Part shown: positions 26,806 to 34,449 of the stretch, in pieces
Position numbering within the stretch: position 1 is the stretch's first letter
How the letters are laid out: every line of letters begins with the position of its first letter
Assembly (NCBI GenBank): GCA_965243415.1
Contig: OZ251549.1
Location: 3,899,802 to 3,963,801, forward strand
DNA length: 64,000 nucleotides
DNA from: Candidatus Marinacidobacterium sp.
GTDB taxonomy: Bacteria > Acidobacteriota > Vicinamibacteria > Marinacidobacterales > Marinacidobacteraceae
Direction of reading: 5' to 3'
Made by a program: the position numbers and the translations under genes
Notes under the pieces: generated by a model
Database searches by the model: none
Told to the model about the DNA's origin: nothing
Seen by the model: the letters and a program-made list of their open reading frames with translations, nothing else

Positions 26806-28977
26806 GTGCGACGCCGCGTCGGTTCCAAACCCGTCGTACCGGACCCGAAGTACGCCGCCGGCGACGCGTACTTCGGCGCCAGCAGACAACTGGCGGCGGC
26901 GATGGACGAGCGCGACCTGGAGAGGGCCGCGAAACTGGTGCACCGATGCCTGGAGTTGCTCCCGCCTTGGCTCCACTCGGTACGGAGGGACCCTCGCCAG
27001 TTCTCTTCGCGGTGGTTCCCGATTCGGGCGCTCGAACACGGCGGCAGCCTTCTGGCCCTCGTCGGAGACGACGAGGGTCTCGCTCGAATGCGGCGCTTGG
27101 TCCTCTCCGAGCCGGCGCTCCGGCCGTGGACCGGGCGCGTGGAGCAACACCATCTCGCCCGACGCCTCTTGCCCAGGATCGAGAACCTGATCCGCACGCA
27201 ACCGACTTGCCTCCAAAGTGACCTGAAGCGCCTGCTCGATACTCCGGACGGCCGACCGGTCGCTTCCATGGTTTCGTTCCTCGAAACGATGGGACGACTG
27301 GTTCGGGTTCGTTCCGGCCGCACCTGGCGCCTGCTTCCTCCGGATTCGCCCGAGATTCCGCCCGCAGACCTGCAGCCGGAGGGACCGCCGAAGCCGAACC
27401 CGAAACCACGACCACGGGTCCCCTCGCACCGTACCGACCGGACTGCGCCCCTGCGTCCGGTCGATCTTTCCTCCTTTCCGCGCATCGCTCTCCCCCAGGC
27501 TCTCGCGAAGTGGGAACTCGTCGACAAAGACCGACTGCCGGAGGTCGGCGACGCTCCGCTGACCGCGTTCGAAGTCCGGGATGCGGATTGGCGCTCTCCC
27601 TCGGTGGAACGCCTACCGCCCGCGCTCCGCCCCGACCCCGCTATCCGTCGCTTCTTCCCTTCGAACTCCGGTGTCCTGATGACGACGGAGAAGCGGCGCT
27701 GGACCGACTTCGGCGACGACGAGGCAAGGGCGCTCCACTACGACCACGACGGCCGGACCACCGCACGGAGGACCCTGCCGCACGGCATATTTCGCGCCTA
27801 CTGTCCTCCGTTCGGATCGGCCGTGATCGGGATCTCCCAGGATGGGGTCCTCCACGCTCTGGACGAAGACCTGCGAACGATTCTCGAAACACCGATCCCA
27901 CAGGCGCCGGAAGTCACGGTCTGGAAGAAGACCTTGCCCGAAGAGATGCGGGGCGCTACGGGCTTCACTGACAGGATCGCAATCTCCGCAGACGCGGGCC
28001 GATATCTCTTCGCCATGAACGATCGGGTTCATTGTGTGGGCCGAAGCGGCTCTGCACTCTGGAGTCGCCGGTTTCCCGATGCTCGTTGGTTCCCCGCGGC
28101 AGACTACTACGGTGCCGGCCGACATCAACCGGATCTGGGGCCGCCGCCGCGCGCCCCATCCCGGCCTCCAGGCGCGAGCCAGAGGATTTCGTCGAGCGAG
28201 GACAGACGGAGGATCTGCGCTTGGCATCCGCCGGACGATTGGTCCGCCGACAGGAACCTGGCTGAACTCGAAATGCAGAGGGCGCGGTGGTTGCTGACCG
28301 AGGAATTCCGCATGCCGCAGTCCCTCGCAGATGATTACGTGCGCGCCACTCGTTCCACCTCGGAAAATCTCGCCGGTGACGAATCCGGTACTCCGCCGCC
28401 GTCCGAAGACACTTGGCGGCCTCGTTTCATACGAGAACTCTCTCGCCGACAGGAAGCATCGCCTTATGGGATCTGCGAGATACGCGAGGTCGAGGCGACG
28501 GACTCCCCCCCGATAACCTTTGTCCACGAGGTCGCGTTTTCGTCGAGTGGCGGAACCGCATTCGTCGCGACCTCGGAAGGCGCGGTCTGGGCGCTGGACG
28601 AGGCAGGAAACGCAGTGCGTGCGTACGTCGGGATCGGCGGCCCGCTCGGCCCACCCTGCGTCACGGGCCAGCGGACACGCAGGATCGTCCACCACGGCGA
28701 CTACCTCTACCTGATGACGGAAGCCCAACTGTTCGTGTTGGCCCGCGATGAACTCCAGGTCGTCCTCGATGTGCTGCCTCGGGAAGAGATGTACCACACG
28801 CCGAACGGTTTCGGCCTCCTGAGCGAACGGCGCATCCGCTGGTACGGCCGCGAAGGGACCTACCTCGGAACGATCCTGGCGAAGCATCCGATCCGCCGTC
28901 TCTACCGAGCAGGCACGGACACCGTGATCGAAACCCGAACCGAACGCGCGGTCTTTTCCGATATCCCCGTCTGGTAG
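26806..28977 (+). CDS. Unknown 723 aa protein: N-terminal ~190 aa module ending in a winged-helix-like segment, plus a C-terminal region with beta-propeller-like repeats
   Basis: Long ORF with coding-like composition. The N-terminal module is paralogous to ORF 29108..29710. Repeated strand-like motifs occur (GVLHALDEDL, VHCVGRSGSALWSRRF, GAVWALDEAGNAVRAY). I recognise no family. Confidence 0.7.
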   Translation: MRRRVGSKPVVPDPKYAAGDAYFGASRQLAAAMDERDLERAAKLVHRCLELLPPWLHSVRRDPRQFSSRWFPIRALEHGGSLLALVGDDEGLARMRRLVLSEPALRPWTGRVEQHHLARRLLPRIENLIRTQPTCLQSDLKRLLDTPDGRPVASMVSFLETMGRLVRVRSGRTWRLLPPDSPEIPPADLQPEGPPKPNPKPRPRVPSHRTDRTAPLRPVDLSSFPRIALPQALAKWELVDKDRLPEVGDAPLTAFEVRDADWRSPSVERLPPALRPDPAIRRFFPSNSGVLMTTEKRRWTDFGDDEARALHYDHDGRTTARRTLPHGIFRAYCPPFGSAVIGISQDGVLHALDEDLRTILETPIPQAPEVTVWKKTLPEEMRGATGFTDRIAISADAGRYLFAMNDRVHCVGRSGSALWSRRFPDARWFPAADYYGAGRHQPDLGPPPRAPSRPPGASQRISSSEDRRRICAWHPPDDWSADRNLAELEMQRARWLLTEEFRMPQSLADDYVRATRSTSENLAGDESGTPPPSEDTWRPRFIRELSRRQEASPYGICEIREVEATDSPPITFVHEVAFSSSGGTAFVATSEGAVWALDEAGNAVRAYVGIGGPLGPPCVTGQRTRRIVHHGDYLYLMTEAQLFVLARDELQVVLDVLPREEMYHTPNGFGLLSERRIRWYGREGTYLGTILAKHPIRRLYRAGTDTVIETRTERAVFSDIPVW

Positions 28978-29107
28978 AGTGTCCGGCAGACGATCTGGAG
29001 TCCCCAGGCCTTCGGGGCGGCTCGTCAGCGCGTGATTTCCGCCGCCGTCCCGGATCGGGAGGCGGGCGCCTTCAGCGCGATTTTCAAGACCGGACTAGGA
29101 GAAGACG

Positions 29108-29710
29108 ATGGCCCAAGACTCCGACGGTTCGAACCGGCCCGATGGCGGTTCGGCCTCCGCTCACCCGGAGTTGTCCGATCTCTACCGGAAACCCGGCCCG
29201 GCGGAGATCGCCTACCACCGGGGCACGGAGCTGCTGGGGCAGGCCCTCCGGGAGCGCGACTACCAAAAGGCCGCCCGCCAGGTGCGGAAGAACCTGACCC
29301 TCATTCGGCGGTGGCTGCGCGAAGACCGGCAGGACTTGCGATACATCACCGTCATCTATTCCGTCCCCGAACTCGAACGCGGCGGCATCGCCCTCGCCAT
29401 CGTCGGTGACGCCGACGGAATCGCCCGGCTGCGCCGCCTGGTCGCCTCCGAGCCGGAACTCGCCGCGTGGCAGGAACAGGTCGAGACCCACGCTCTTTCC
29501 TACCGCCTCGTTCCCGAGATCGAAAACCTGATCCGCGAACACCCCGGCGTCCTCCAGCGGGAGATGAAACGCCGCCTCGGGGCCGAAGACGGCCGCCTGG
29601 TGGTCCGGCTCATCGAATACCTGGAACGCGCCGGCCGGATCACCCGCGTCCGCGCGCACCGCACCTGGCGCCTCTTCCCGCCGGATTCCCCGCCACTCGA
29701 GGAGCCCTGA
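29108..29710 (+). CDS. Unknown 200 aa protein, stand-alone paralogue of the N-terminal module of the 723 aa protein
   Basis: Alignable by eye: IENLIREHPGVLQREMKRRLGAEDGRLVVRLIEYLERAGRITRVRAHRTWRLFPPDSP against IENLIRTQPTCLQSDLKRLLDTPDGRPVASMVSFLETMGRLVRVRSGRTWRLLPPDSP. Also ALAIVGDADGIARLRRLVASEP against LLALVGDDEGLARMRRLVLSEP. Confidence 0.7.
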   Translation: MAQDSDGSNRPDGGSASAHPELSDLYRKPGPAEIAYHRGTELLGQALRERDYQKAARQVRKNLTLIRRWLREDRQDLRYITVIYSVPELERGGIALAIVGDADGIARLRRLVASEPELAAWQEQVETHALSYRLVPEIENLIREHPGVLQREMKRRLGAEDGRLVVRLIEYLERAGRITRVRAHRTWRLFPPDSPPLEEP

Positions 29711-29799
29711 CACTCCGTCCGCCCCCTCCCTCGCGACGCGACGACCGCGATTCGAGGGCCATCGGCGAGAGTGAACGCCGAAGGAGGACGCAATGGCCC

Positions 29800-30141
29800 T
29801 TGGTAGTCCGGGGGCTCTCTCCGGCGATCGTCCAATGGCTGCGAGCCCGCGCGTGGCACGAGGCAGTGTCCCCGGAGGAGATCGCGCGGCGGGTGCTGGC
29901 GGCGGCCTACGTCAACGAGAAAGGGCTGGGTACGGCCATCCGCGAGGCCGTCGGCCCGAAGGGCCTGGTTCTGGAGATCCCGCCGCGCTCGGAGGCAGGA
30001 GGAAGGGAGCCGATCGACTTCTCCGGCCCGGAGTACGGCGTTTACGACGAGGATCCCCCCGGCCCCGGCGAGACGCCCGGACCGGCCGAGTCCCGAGCGC
30101 CGACGACGCCCGCCGCGAAGACGGACACCCCGCCCCGCTGA
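29800..30141 (+). CDS. Orphan FitA/VapB-like (RHH) antitoxin homologue with Pro-rich tail, no adjacent PIN toxin
   Basis: TTG 29800, with aaggagga at 29781-29788. VVRGLSPAIVQWLRARAWHEAVSPEEIARRVL...GLGTAIREAVGPKGLVLEIPPRSE..REPIDFSGPEYG is clearly homologous to the vapB product at 30840. The nearby ATG 29793 is in the wrong frame. Confidence 0.6.
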   Translation: MVVRGLSPAIVQWLRARAWHEAVSPEEIARRVLAAAYVNEKGLGTAIREAVGPKGLVLEIPPRSEAGGREPIDFSGPEYGVYDEDPPGPGETPGPAESRAPTTPAAKTDTPPR

Positions 30142-30165
30142 GCGCCGGCGCCGGGAGCCGCCGGG

Positions 30166-30765
30166 CTATTCGTTCTGGTAGGCGCCGGCGTAGGTCCGTT
30201 CCGCCGGTTCCGCCAGTCGGAAGAACACCAACTGGACGATCCGGGCGCCCTCGGTCAGTTCGATCCCGTCCGGGTGGCTGACGACGAGGAGCGACCCGCT
30301 GCGCCCCGAGTAGCCGGAATCCCACAGCGCCGTCCCGATATGGGCGCCGCAGCGCAGCAGCGACGAGCGCGTCCGCCCCAGCGCGAACACCTCCGCCGGA
30401 ATGTTCACCGTCTCGTGGTAGCGGACCCAGTAACTCCCGGCCGCCAGCCGCCAGACCCCGTCGGCGTCCGGGGGGATCGGCGCCGCCGCCGGGATCCGCC
30501 GCGTCCGGTTGTCGAAGTCCACCCGCCCCGGCCCCGACCCGAGCTTGCTCACCTCGGCCAGCGTCAGGTCCACCCCGTTCATCTGGATCTGCATTTCCGG
30601 ATCCCGCAGCCCTTCCAGCAACGGCGGATCGTCGGCCAGCCGCCGCCGCAGCGCCGCCCCGGCGATCAGTTCCATCGGCACTCCCGCCCGCAGCCGCCCG
30701 TCATCGGTGCGGCGATGGTACGCGAGCCACGCGGCGATGGCCCGCGCCCCCGACGGCGCCGCCAT
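30166..30765 (-). CDS. dCTP deaminase / dUTPase-family (DCD-DUT fold) protein, second family member in the window
   Basis: GVDLTLAEV...GRTRSSLLRCGAHIGTALWDSGYSGRSGSLLVV...GARIVQLVFF. The real start is probably ATG 30675 (MELIAG...). Confidence 0.75.
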   Translation of the reverse strand: MAAPSGARAIAAWLAYHRRTDDGRLRAGVPMELIAGAALRRRLADDPPLLEGLRDPEMQIQMNGVDLTLAEVSKLGSGPGRVDFDNRTRRIPAAAPIPPDADGVWRLAAGSYWVRYHETVNIPAEVFALGRTRSSLLRCGAHIGTALWDSGYSGRSGSLLVVSHPDGIELTEGARIVQLVFFRLAEPAERTYAGAYQNE

Positions 30766-30839
30766 CCACCGGCAATGCGAGTGCTGGCACCTATTGCGAT
30801 GGTGCTAGCATCCCACCGAGAACGCCGGGAGGAGAACCG

Positions 30840-31100
30840 ATGGCCAACCTGAGCATCCGACGACTCGACGACGATGTCTATCGGCGGCTGAAGGTCCGGG
30901 CGCGGGTCGAATCCGCCTCGATGGAAGAAGTGGCGCGTCGCATCCTGCGGGAGGCCCTCACCTCGAAGAAGCCGCTCGGCACCGCCATCCAGGAAGCCGT
31001 CGGTCCGAAGGGCCTGGTCGTCGAGATCCCGTCCCGCAAGGCGCTCAGACCGCGCGAACCGATCGATTTCTCGGCCCCGGAGTACGGGCCGGACGAATGA
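30840..31100 (+). CDS. vapB: FitA/VapB-type antitoxin (RHH)
   Basis: MANLSIRRLDDDVYRRLKVRARVESASMEEVARRILREAL. Its stop overlaps the vapC ATG (ATGA, 31097-31100). Confidence 0.8.
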   Translation: MANLSIRRLDDDVYRRLKVRARVESASMEEVARRILREALTSKKPLGTAIQEAVGPKGLVVEIPSRKALRPREPIDFSAPEYGPDE

Positions 31101-31507
31101 TCCTGCTCGACACCGATGTCCTGTCCGCCATGATGCGGCCGGATCCCGATCCCGGGGTCCGCGCCTGGTTCAATCGCCAGCCGGAGGAGGGAGTGTTCCT
31201 GTCCTCCATCACCATCGAGGAGATCCTCTTCGGTATCCGACTGGTGCCCGCCGGCAGGAAGCGGAGAGACCTGGAGCAGTCCTACTCCAACATGCACAAG
31301 ATCTTTTCCGGGCGCATCCTGCCGTTCGACGAGACGGCAGCCGGCGAGACCGCGACGCTCCGGGCTCACCGCCGCGCGATCGGCCGGCCCATGGAGGTCC
31401 CCGACGCCCAGATCGCCGGCATCGCCAAGAGCCACGCGCTCTCGCTGGCGACCTTCAACACCAAGGACTTCCTGCACCTCGACCTGCATCTTCTGAAGCC
31501 GCGCTGA
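31097..31507 (+). CDS. vapC: PIN-domain toxin VapC/FitB
   Basis: MILLDTDVLSA..., with conserved acidic residues (D5, E42 region, D/Q near DAQIAGIA, TFNTKDF). Confidence 0.9.
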   Translation: MILLDTDVLSAMMRPDPDPGVRAWFNRQPEEGVFLSSITIEEILFGIRLVPAGRKRRDLEQSYSNMHKIFSGRILPFDETAAGETATLRAHRRAIGRPMEVPDAQIAGIAKSHALSLATFNTKDFLHLDLHLLKPR

Positions 31508-31615
31508 ACCGCAGGGCAACGGTGGACACGGGCCGTCCGCCCGGTACCGAACTGACCGAATTACCGTAGATTCGGACATCACACTGACGAATTCTATGGT
31601 AAAACGGTCAGCACG

Positions 31616-32767
31616 GTGACCGATTCTCATGTTCCGCGGGCGCTCCTCGACCGCCTGACCCGGGCGGTGGCCCCCGGCAAGGTCGTCATTCTGTACGGCG
31701 CCAGGCAGGTCGGCAAGACCACCCTGCTCCGCCGTTATGTGCGGGAACACGCCCCCGAAGCGCTCTTCGTCTCCGGCGAGGACCCCCCGGTCCGGGAGCA
31801 GTTGGAGGGCCAGTCCGTCGCCCGGCTCGCCGCCTTCGTCGGCGGGCGCCGCACCCTGATCGTGGACGAGGCGCAGCACCTCCGGGAAGTCGGGTCGATC
31901 CTGAAACTCCTCGTCGACCACCTCGAAGGCCTCCGGGTCATCGCCGCCGGCTCCTCTTCGTTCGACCTCGCCGCCGCCACCGGCGAACCGCTCACCGGCC
32001 GGAAGAAGACCCTGCTCCTGCTCCCCCTCGCCCAACTCGAACTCGGCGCACTCGAAGGGCCCCACGAAACGAGCGCCCGTCTGCCGACCCGGTTGGTGTA
32101 CGGCTCCTACCCGGAAGTCGCGCTCCTGGATTCCGACGAGGAGCGCGCTCTCCACCTGCGCGAACTCGTGTCCTCCTACCTGTTCCGGGAGGTCCTGCAG
32201 GTCGAGGGCGTCCGCCATTCCAGCCGCCTCCTGCGACTCGTCCAACTCGTCGCCCACCAGATCGGCGCCGAGGTCTCCCTGAACGAACTCGGAACCCAAC
32301 TGGGCCTGAGCAAGAACACCGTCGACCGTTACCTCGACCTGCTCGAGAAGTGCTTCGTCCTCTACAGCCGTGGCGGCTTCAGCCGGAACCGTCGCAAGGA
32401 GATCAGCAGTCGCCGCCGCTACTACTTCCATGACAACGGCATCCGGAACGCGGTGATCGCCAACTTCAACCCCGTCTCCCTCCGCGACGACCTCGGCGCT
32501 CTCTGGGAGAACTACATCCTCACCGAGCGGATGAAGCGCAACCTCTACACCGGCCATCTCGCAGACAGTTACTTCTGGCGCACCTACGACCGCCAGGAAG
32601 TGGACCTCATCGAAGAATGGAACGGCGCCCTCCACGCCACCGAGATCGAGTGGTCCCCCCGCCGCGTCAAGGCCCCCGCCGGCTTCCGCCGCGCCTACCC
32701 CGACGCCACCTTCCGCGTCGTCCACCGGAACGACTACCTGGACTTCATCACTCCCCGGTCCTCGTGA
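31616..32767 (+). CDS. AAA+ ATPase with C-terminal DUF4143 domain
   Basis: Walker A GARQVGKTTLL, Walker B LIVDEAQ, and the later typical YFHDNGIRNA and EVDLI motifs of the AAA_14/DUF4143 family. Confidence 0.9.
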   Translation: MTDSHVPRALLDRLTRAVAPGKVVILYGARQVGKTTLLRRYVREHAPEALFVSGEDPPVREQLEGQSVARLAAFVGGRRTLIVDEAQHLREVGSILKLLVDHLEGLRVIAAGSSSFDLAAATGEPLTGRKKTLLLLPLAQLELGALEGPHETSARLPTRLVYGSYPEVALLDSDEERALHLRELVSSYLFREVLQVEGVRHSSRLLRLVQLVAHQIGAEVSLNELGTQLGLSKNTVDRYLDLLEKCFVLYSRGGFSRNRRKEISSRRRYYFHDNGIRNAVIANFNPVSLRDDLGALWENYILTERMKRNLYTGHLADSYFWRTYDRQEVDLIEEWNGALHATEIEWSPRRVKAPAGFRRAYPDATFRVVHRNDYLDFITPRSS

Positions 32768-32825
32768 CCGGCAGCGCGTACCGGGCCGCCCCACTCGTCG
32801 TTCTCGGTAGCCGATACCTCCGTTC

Positions 32826-32857
32826 GGCGCCGGATCCCTCCGGGACTCCCCGGCGCC
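32826..32857. terminator. Hairpin between convergent genes (possible bidirectional terminator)
   Basis: GGCGCCGG (32826-32833) pairs with CCGGCGCC (32850-32857). Located between the stop at 32767 (+) and the stop at 32863 (-). Confidence 0.3.
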
Positions 32858-32862
32858 GGAGA

Positions 32863-33318
32863 CTACCGCCCGCAGCCGCGGCCCACTCGGCCGATCGCCG
32901 TGGCGGAGCCGTCGAGCGGGAAGGTGTAGGTCATCGTGCTCTCCATGCCGAGGATCGTCTCCTCAACTTCCACTCGGAGTTGTGTCCCGTTGATCGCCTG
33001 GAGGATCGGCGCGGCGCCGGCGAAGTACAGCATCCCGTAATCCGAGACGCGGAGCGGCATGGCCGTCGTCCGTCGTCCATTGACAACTGCCGTCGTGCTC
33101 TCGAAGTTGGCCGCGTACGACACCAGCGCGAGGAGGTCCCCGTCCGGGTTCAGTCGGCCGCCGCCTCCGGGTTCACACATGTATAGGAGGAAAGTCCGGT
33201 CGTTCTCGGCGGCCTTCGGACTCTCGGCGTCGCCGTCGTCGTTGACGAACCAACGCGTCTGGGCGCTCCCGGCGTGGGTGCCGGCCAAGAACAGACCCGC
33301 CAGCAGGATTCGGTTCAT
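32863..33318 (-). CDS. Secreted hypothetical protein (151 aa)
   Basis: In-frame ATG 33318. Signal peptide MNRILLAGLFLAGTHAGSAQT. No family recognised. Confidence 0.6.
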   Translation of the reverse strand: MNRILLAGLFLAGTHAGSAQTRWFVNDDGDAESPKAAENDRTFLLYMCEPGGGGRLNPDGDLLALVSYAANFESTTAVVNGRRTTAMPLRVSDYGMLYFAGAAPILQAINGTQLRVEVEETILGMESTMTYTFPLDGSATAIGRVGRGCGR

Positions 33319-33341
33319 GGCGGTACTGTGTCGTCTCCCGG

Positions 33342-34169
33342 CTAAGCCGGAGTCGCGGCGCCAGCATAGCACTCCCGCAGCCGATTCAACGAATCGAGAA
33401 GTTCCGGCGGCCCGAACCCCCGCTTCGCCCGGTTGTACCGGGACGGATGCCGTTTCAGAAGGAACAGCACCCGCTTGCCCTCCACCGACCCGGTGCACAA
33501 CTCCGGGTGTTGGCCACCCCAGGCGTGGATGGTCTCGAGAGCGAAGAGCCTTCGGAGCCCCTCACGCTGGAACCCGTCTCCCTGCGAGATCACGATGTCC
33601 GGCGTCAGCGTCTGGATGACTCGCCCCGCGTTCTTCATGCAGTTTCTCTTCATCGTCAGTGTCGATTTCGTAGCCATGCTGTGCTTGCCCGACTTCGAGT
33701 CCGTACCGACGGGACCGCACAGGACAGCGTTCACCAGAGCGAACTGGTGGGCGAGAGCCTCATCGGTGACTCCCTCGTCCAGCAGGTGCTTCAGTTCGAA
33801 GTACACGCCGCTCATGTGGGGGTTCCCGTCAGGATTCGCATTTCCCCGGAAATCCTCCTTACTCTGGCTCAGTTGGAACGGCCGGAAGAAGTCGCGCCCC
33901 TCATGGTGTGGCCGGTCCTTGGATACGAAGAGCACCCGCGCCCTCTGTCCGCCCACGATCGCCTCGCCGTAGTGGGCGCCGACGTACGCCCAGTCGCCTC
34001 TCCTGCCCACCCCCGGCGACAGGCCACCCCTCTTGCTCCGATTGCAGAACTCGTGGTCGCAGCAGGCGAACCCGGTCGTCGGGGCGACCTTCAACTGAAC
34101 CTCCATCAGGGCCTTGATCGCCCGCCGGTCAGGGGTCATCAGCCTGTCGATGGCTTCGATTCCCGCCAT
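33342..34169 (-). CDS. Uracil-DNA-glycosylase-superfamily-like protein (unknown subfamily)
   Basis: In-frame ATG 34169. The pattern resembles UDG-fold motifs: VLFVSKDRPHHEGRDFFRPF (motif-A position), FALVNAVLCGP, PDIVISQGD, VLFLLKRHPS (motif-B HPS). An alternative TTG start at 34301 would place the poly-G tract inside the ORF. Confidence 0.5.
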   Translation of the reverse strand: MAGIEAIDRLMTPDRRAIKALMEVQLKVAPTTGFACCDHEFCNRSKRGGLSPGVGRRGDWAYVGAHYGEAIVGGQRARVLFVSKDRPHHEGRDFFRPFQLSQSKEDFRGNANPDGNPHMSGVYFELKHLLDEGVTDEALAHQFALVNAVLCGPVGTDSKSGKHSMATKSTLTMKRNCMKNAGRVIQTLTPDIVISQGDGFQREGLRRLFALETIHAWGGQHPELCTGSVEGKRVLFLLKRHPSRYNRAKRGFGPPELLDSLNRLRECYAGAATPA

Positions 34170-34271
34170 GTCGTGTCCTCCCGCCCGTTCGGGCCGAACG
34201 GCGTTCGAGTCGGCGATCTCCGACCCGGAACGCAGCATCCGGCGGCCTTCGCCGCCGGCTCCGCCCTTATA

Positions 34272-34292
34272 CCCCCCCCCCCCCCCCCCCCC
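34272..34292. repeat. Homopolymer C21 (G21 on the gene strand)
   Basis: Counted directly from 'a' followed by 9+10+2 c. It lies between the herA stop (34450) and the UDG-like start (34169). Confidence 0.95.
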
Positions 34293-34449
34293 GCATGTCA
34301 AGTGCCAAATTCGGACGGGTCCGCCCCCCGTGCCGACCCGTTCCCCACTCCACCCTCGAGTCAGCCTCGCCCAGTCGGCCCCGGGCCCAGCCCTCGCCTT
34401 ACCAGCCGTAGCAGCCCGGCCCGCGCTCTCCCATCGTCCGTCTCCCCGT

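Noticed and set aside
29118-29140. tRNA-like T-arm string (ggttcgaacc)
   Set aside because: It lies inside a well-supported CDS (29108..29710) and has no cloverleaf context (no acceptor or anticodon stems).
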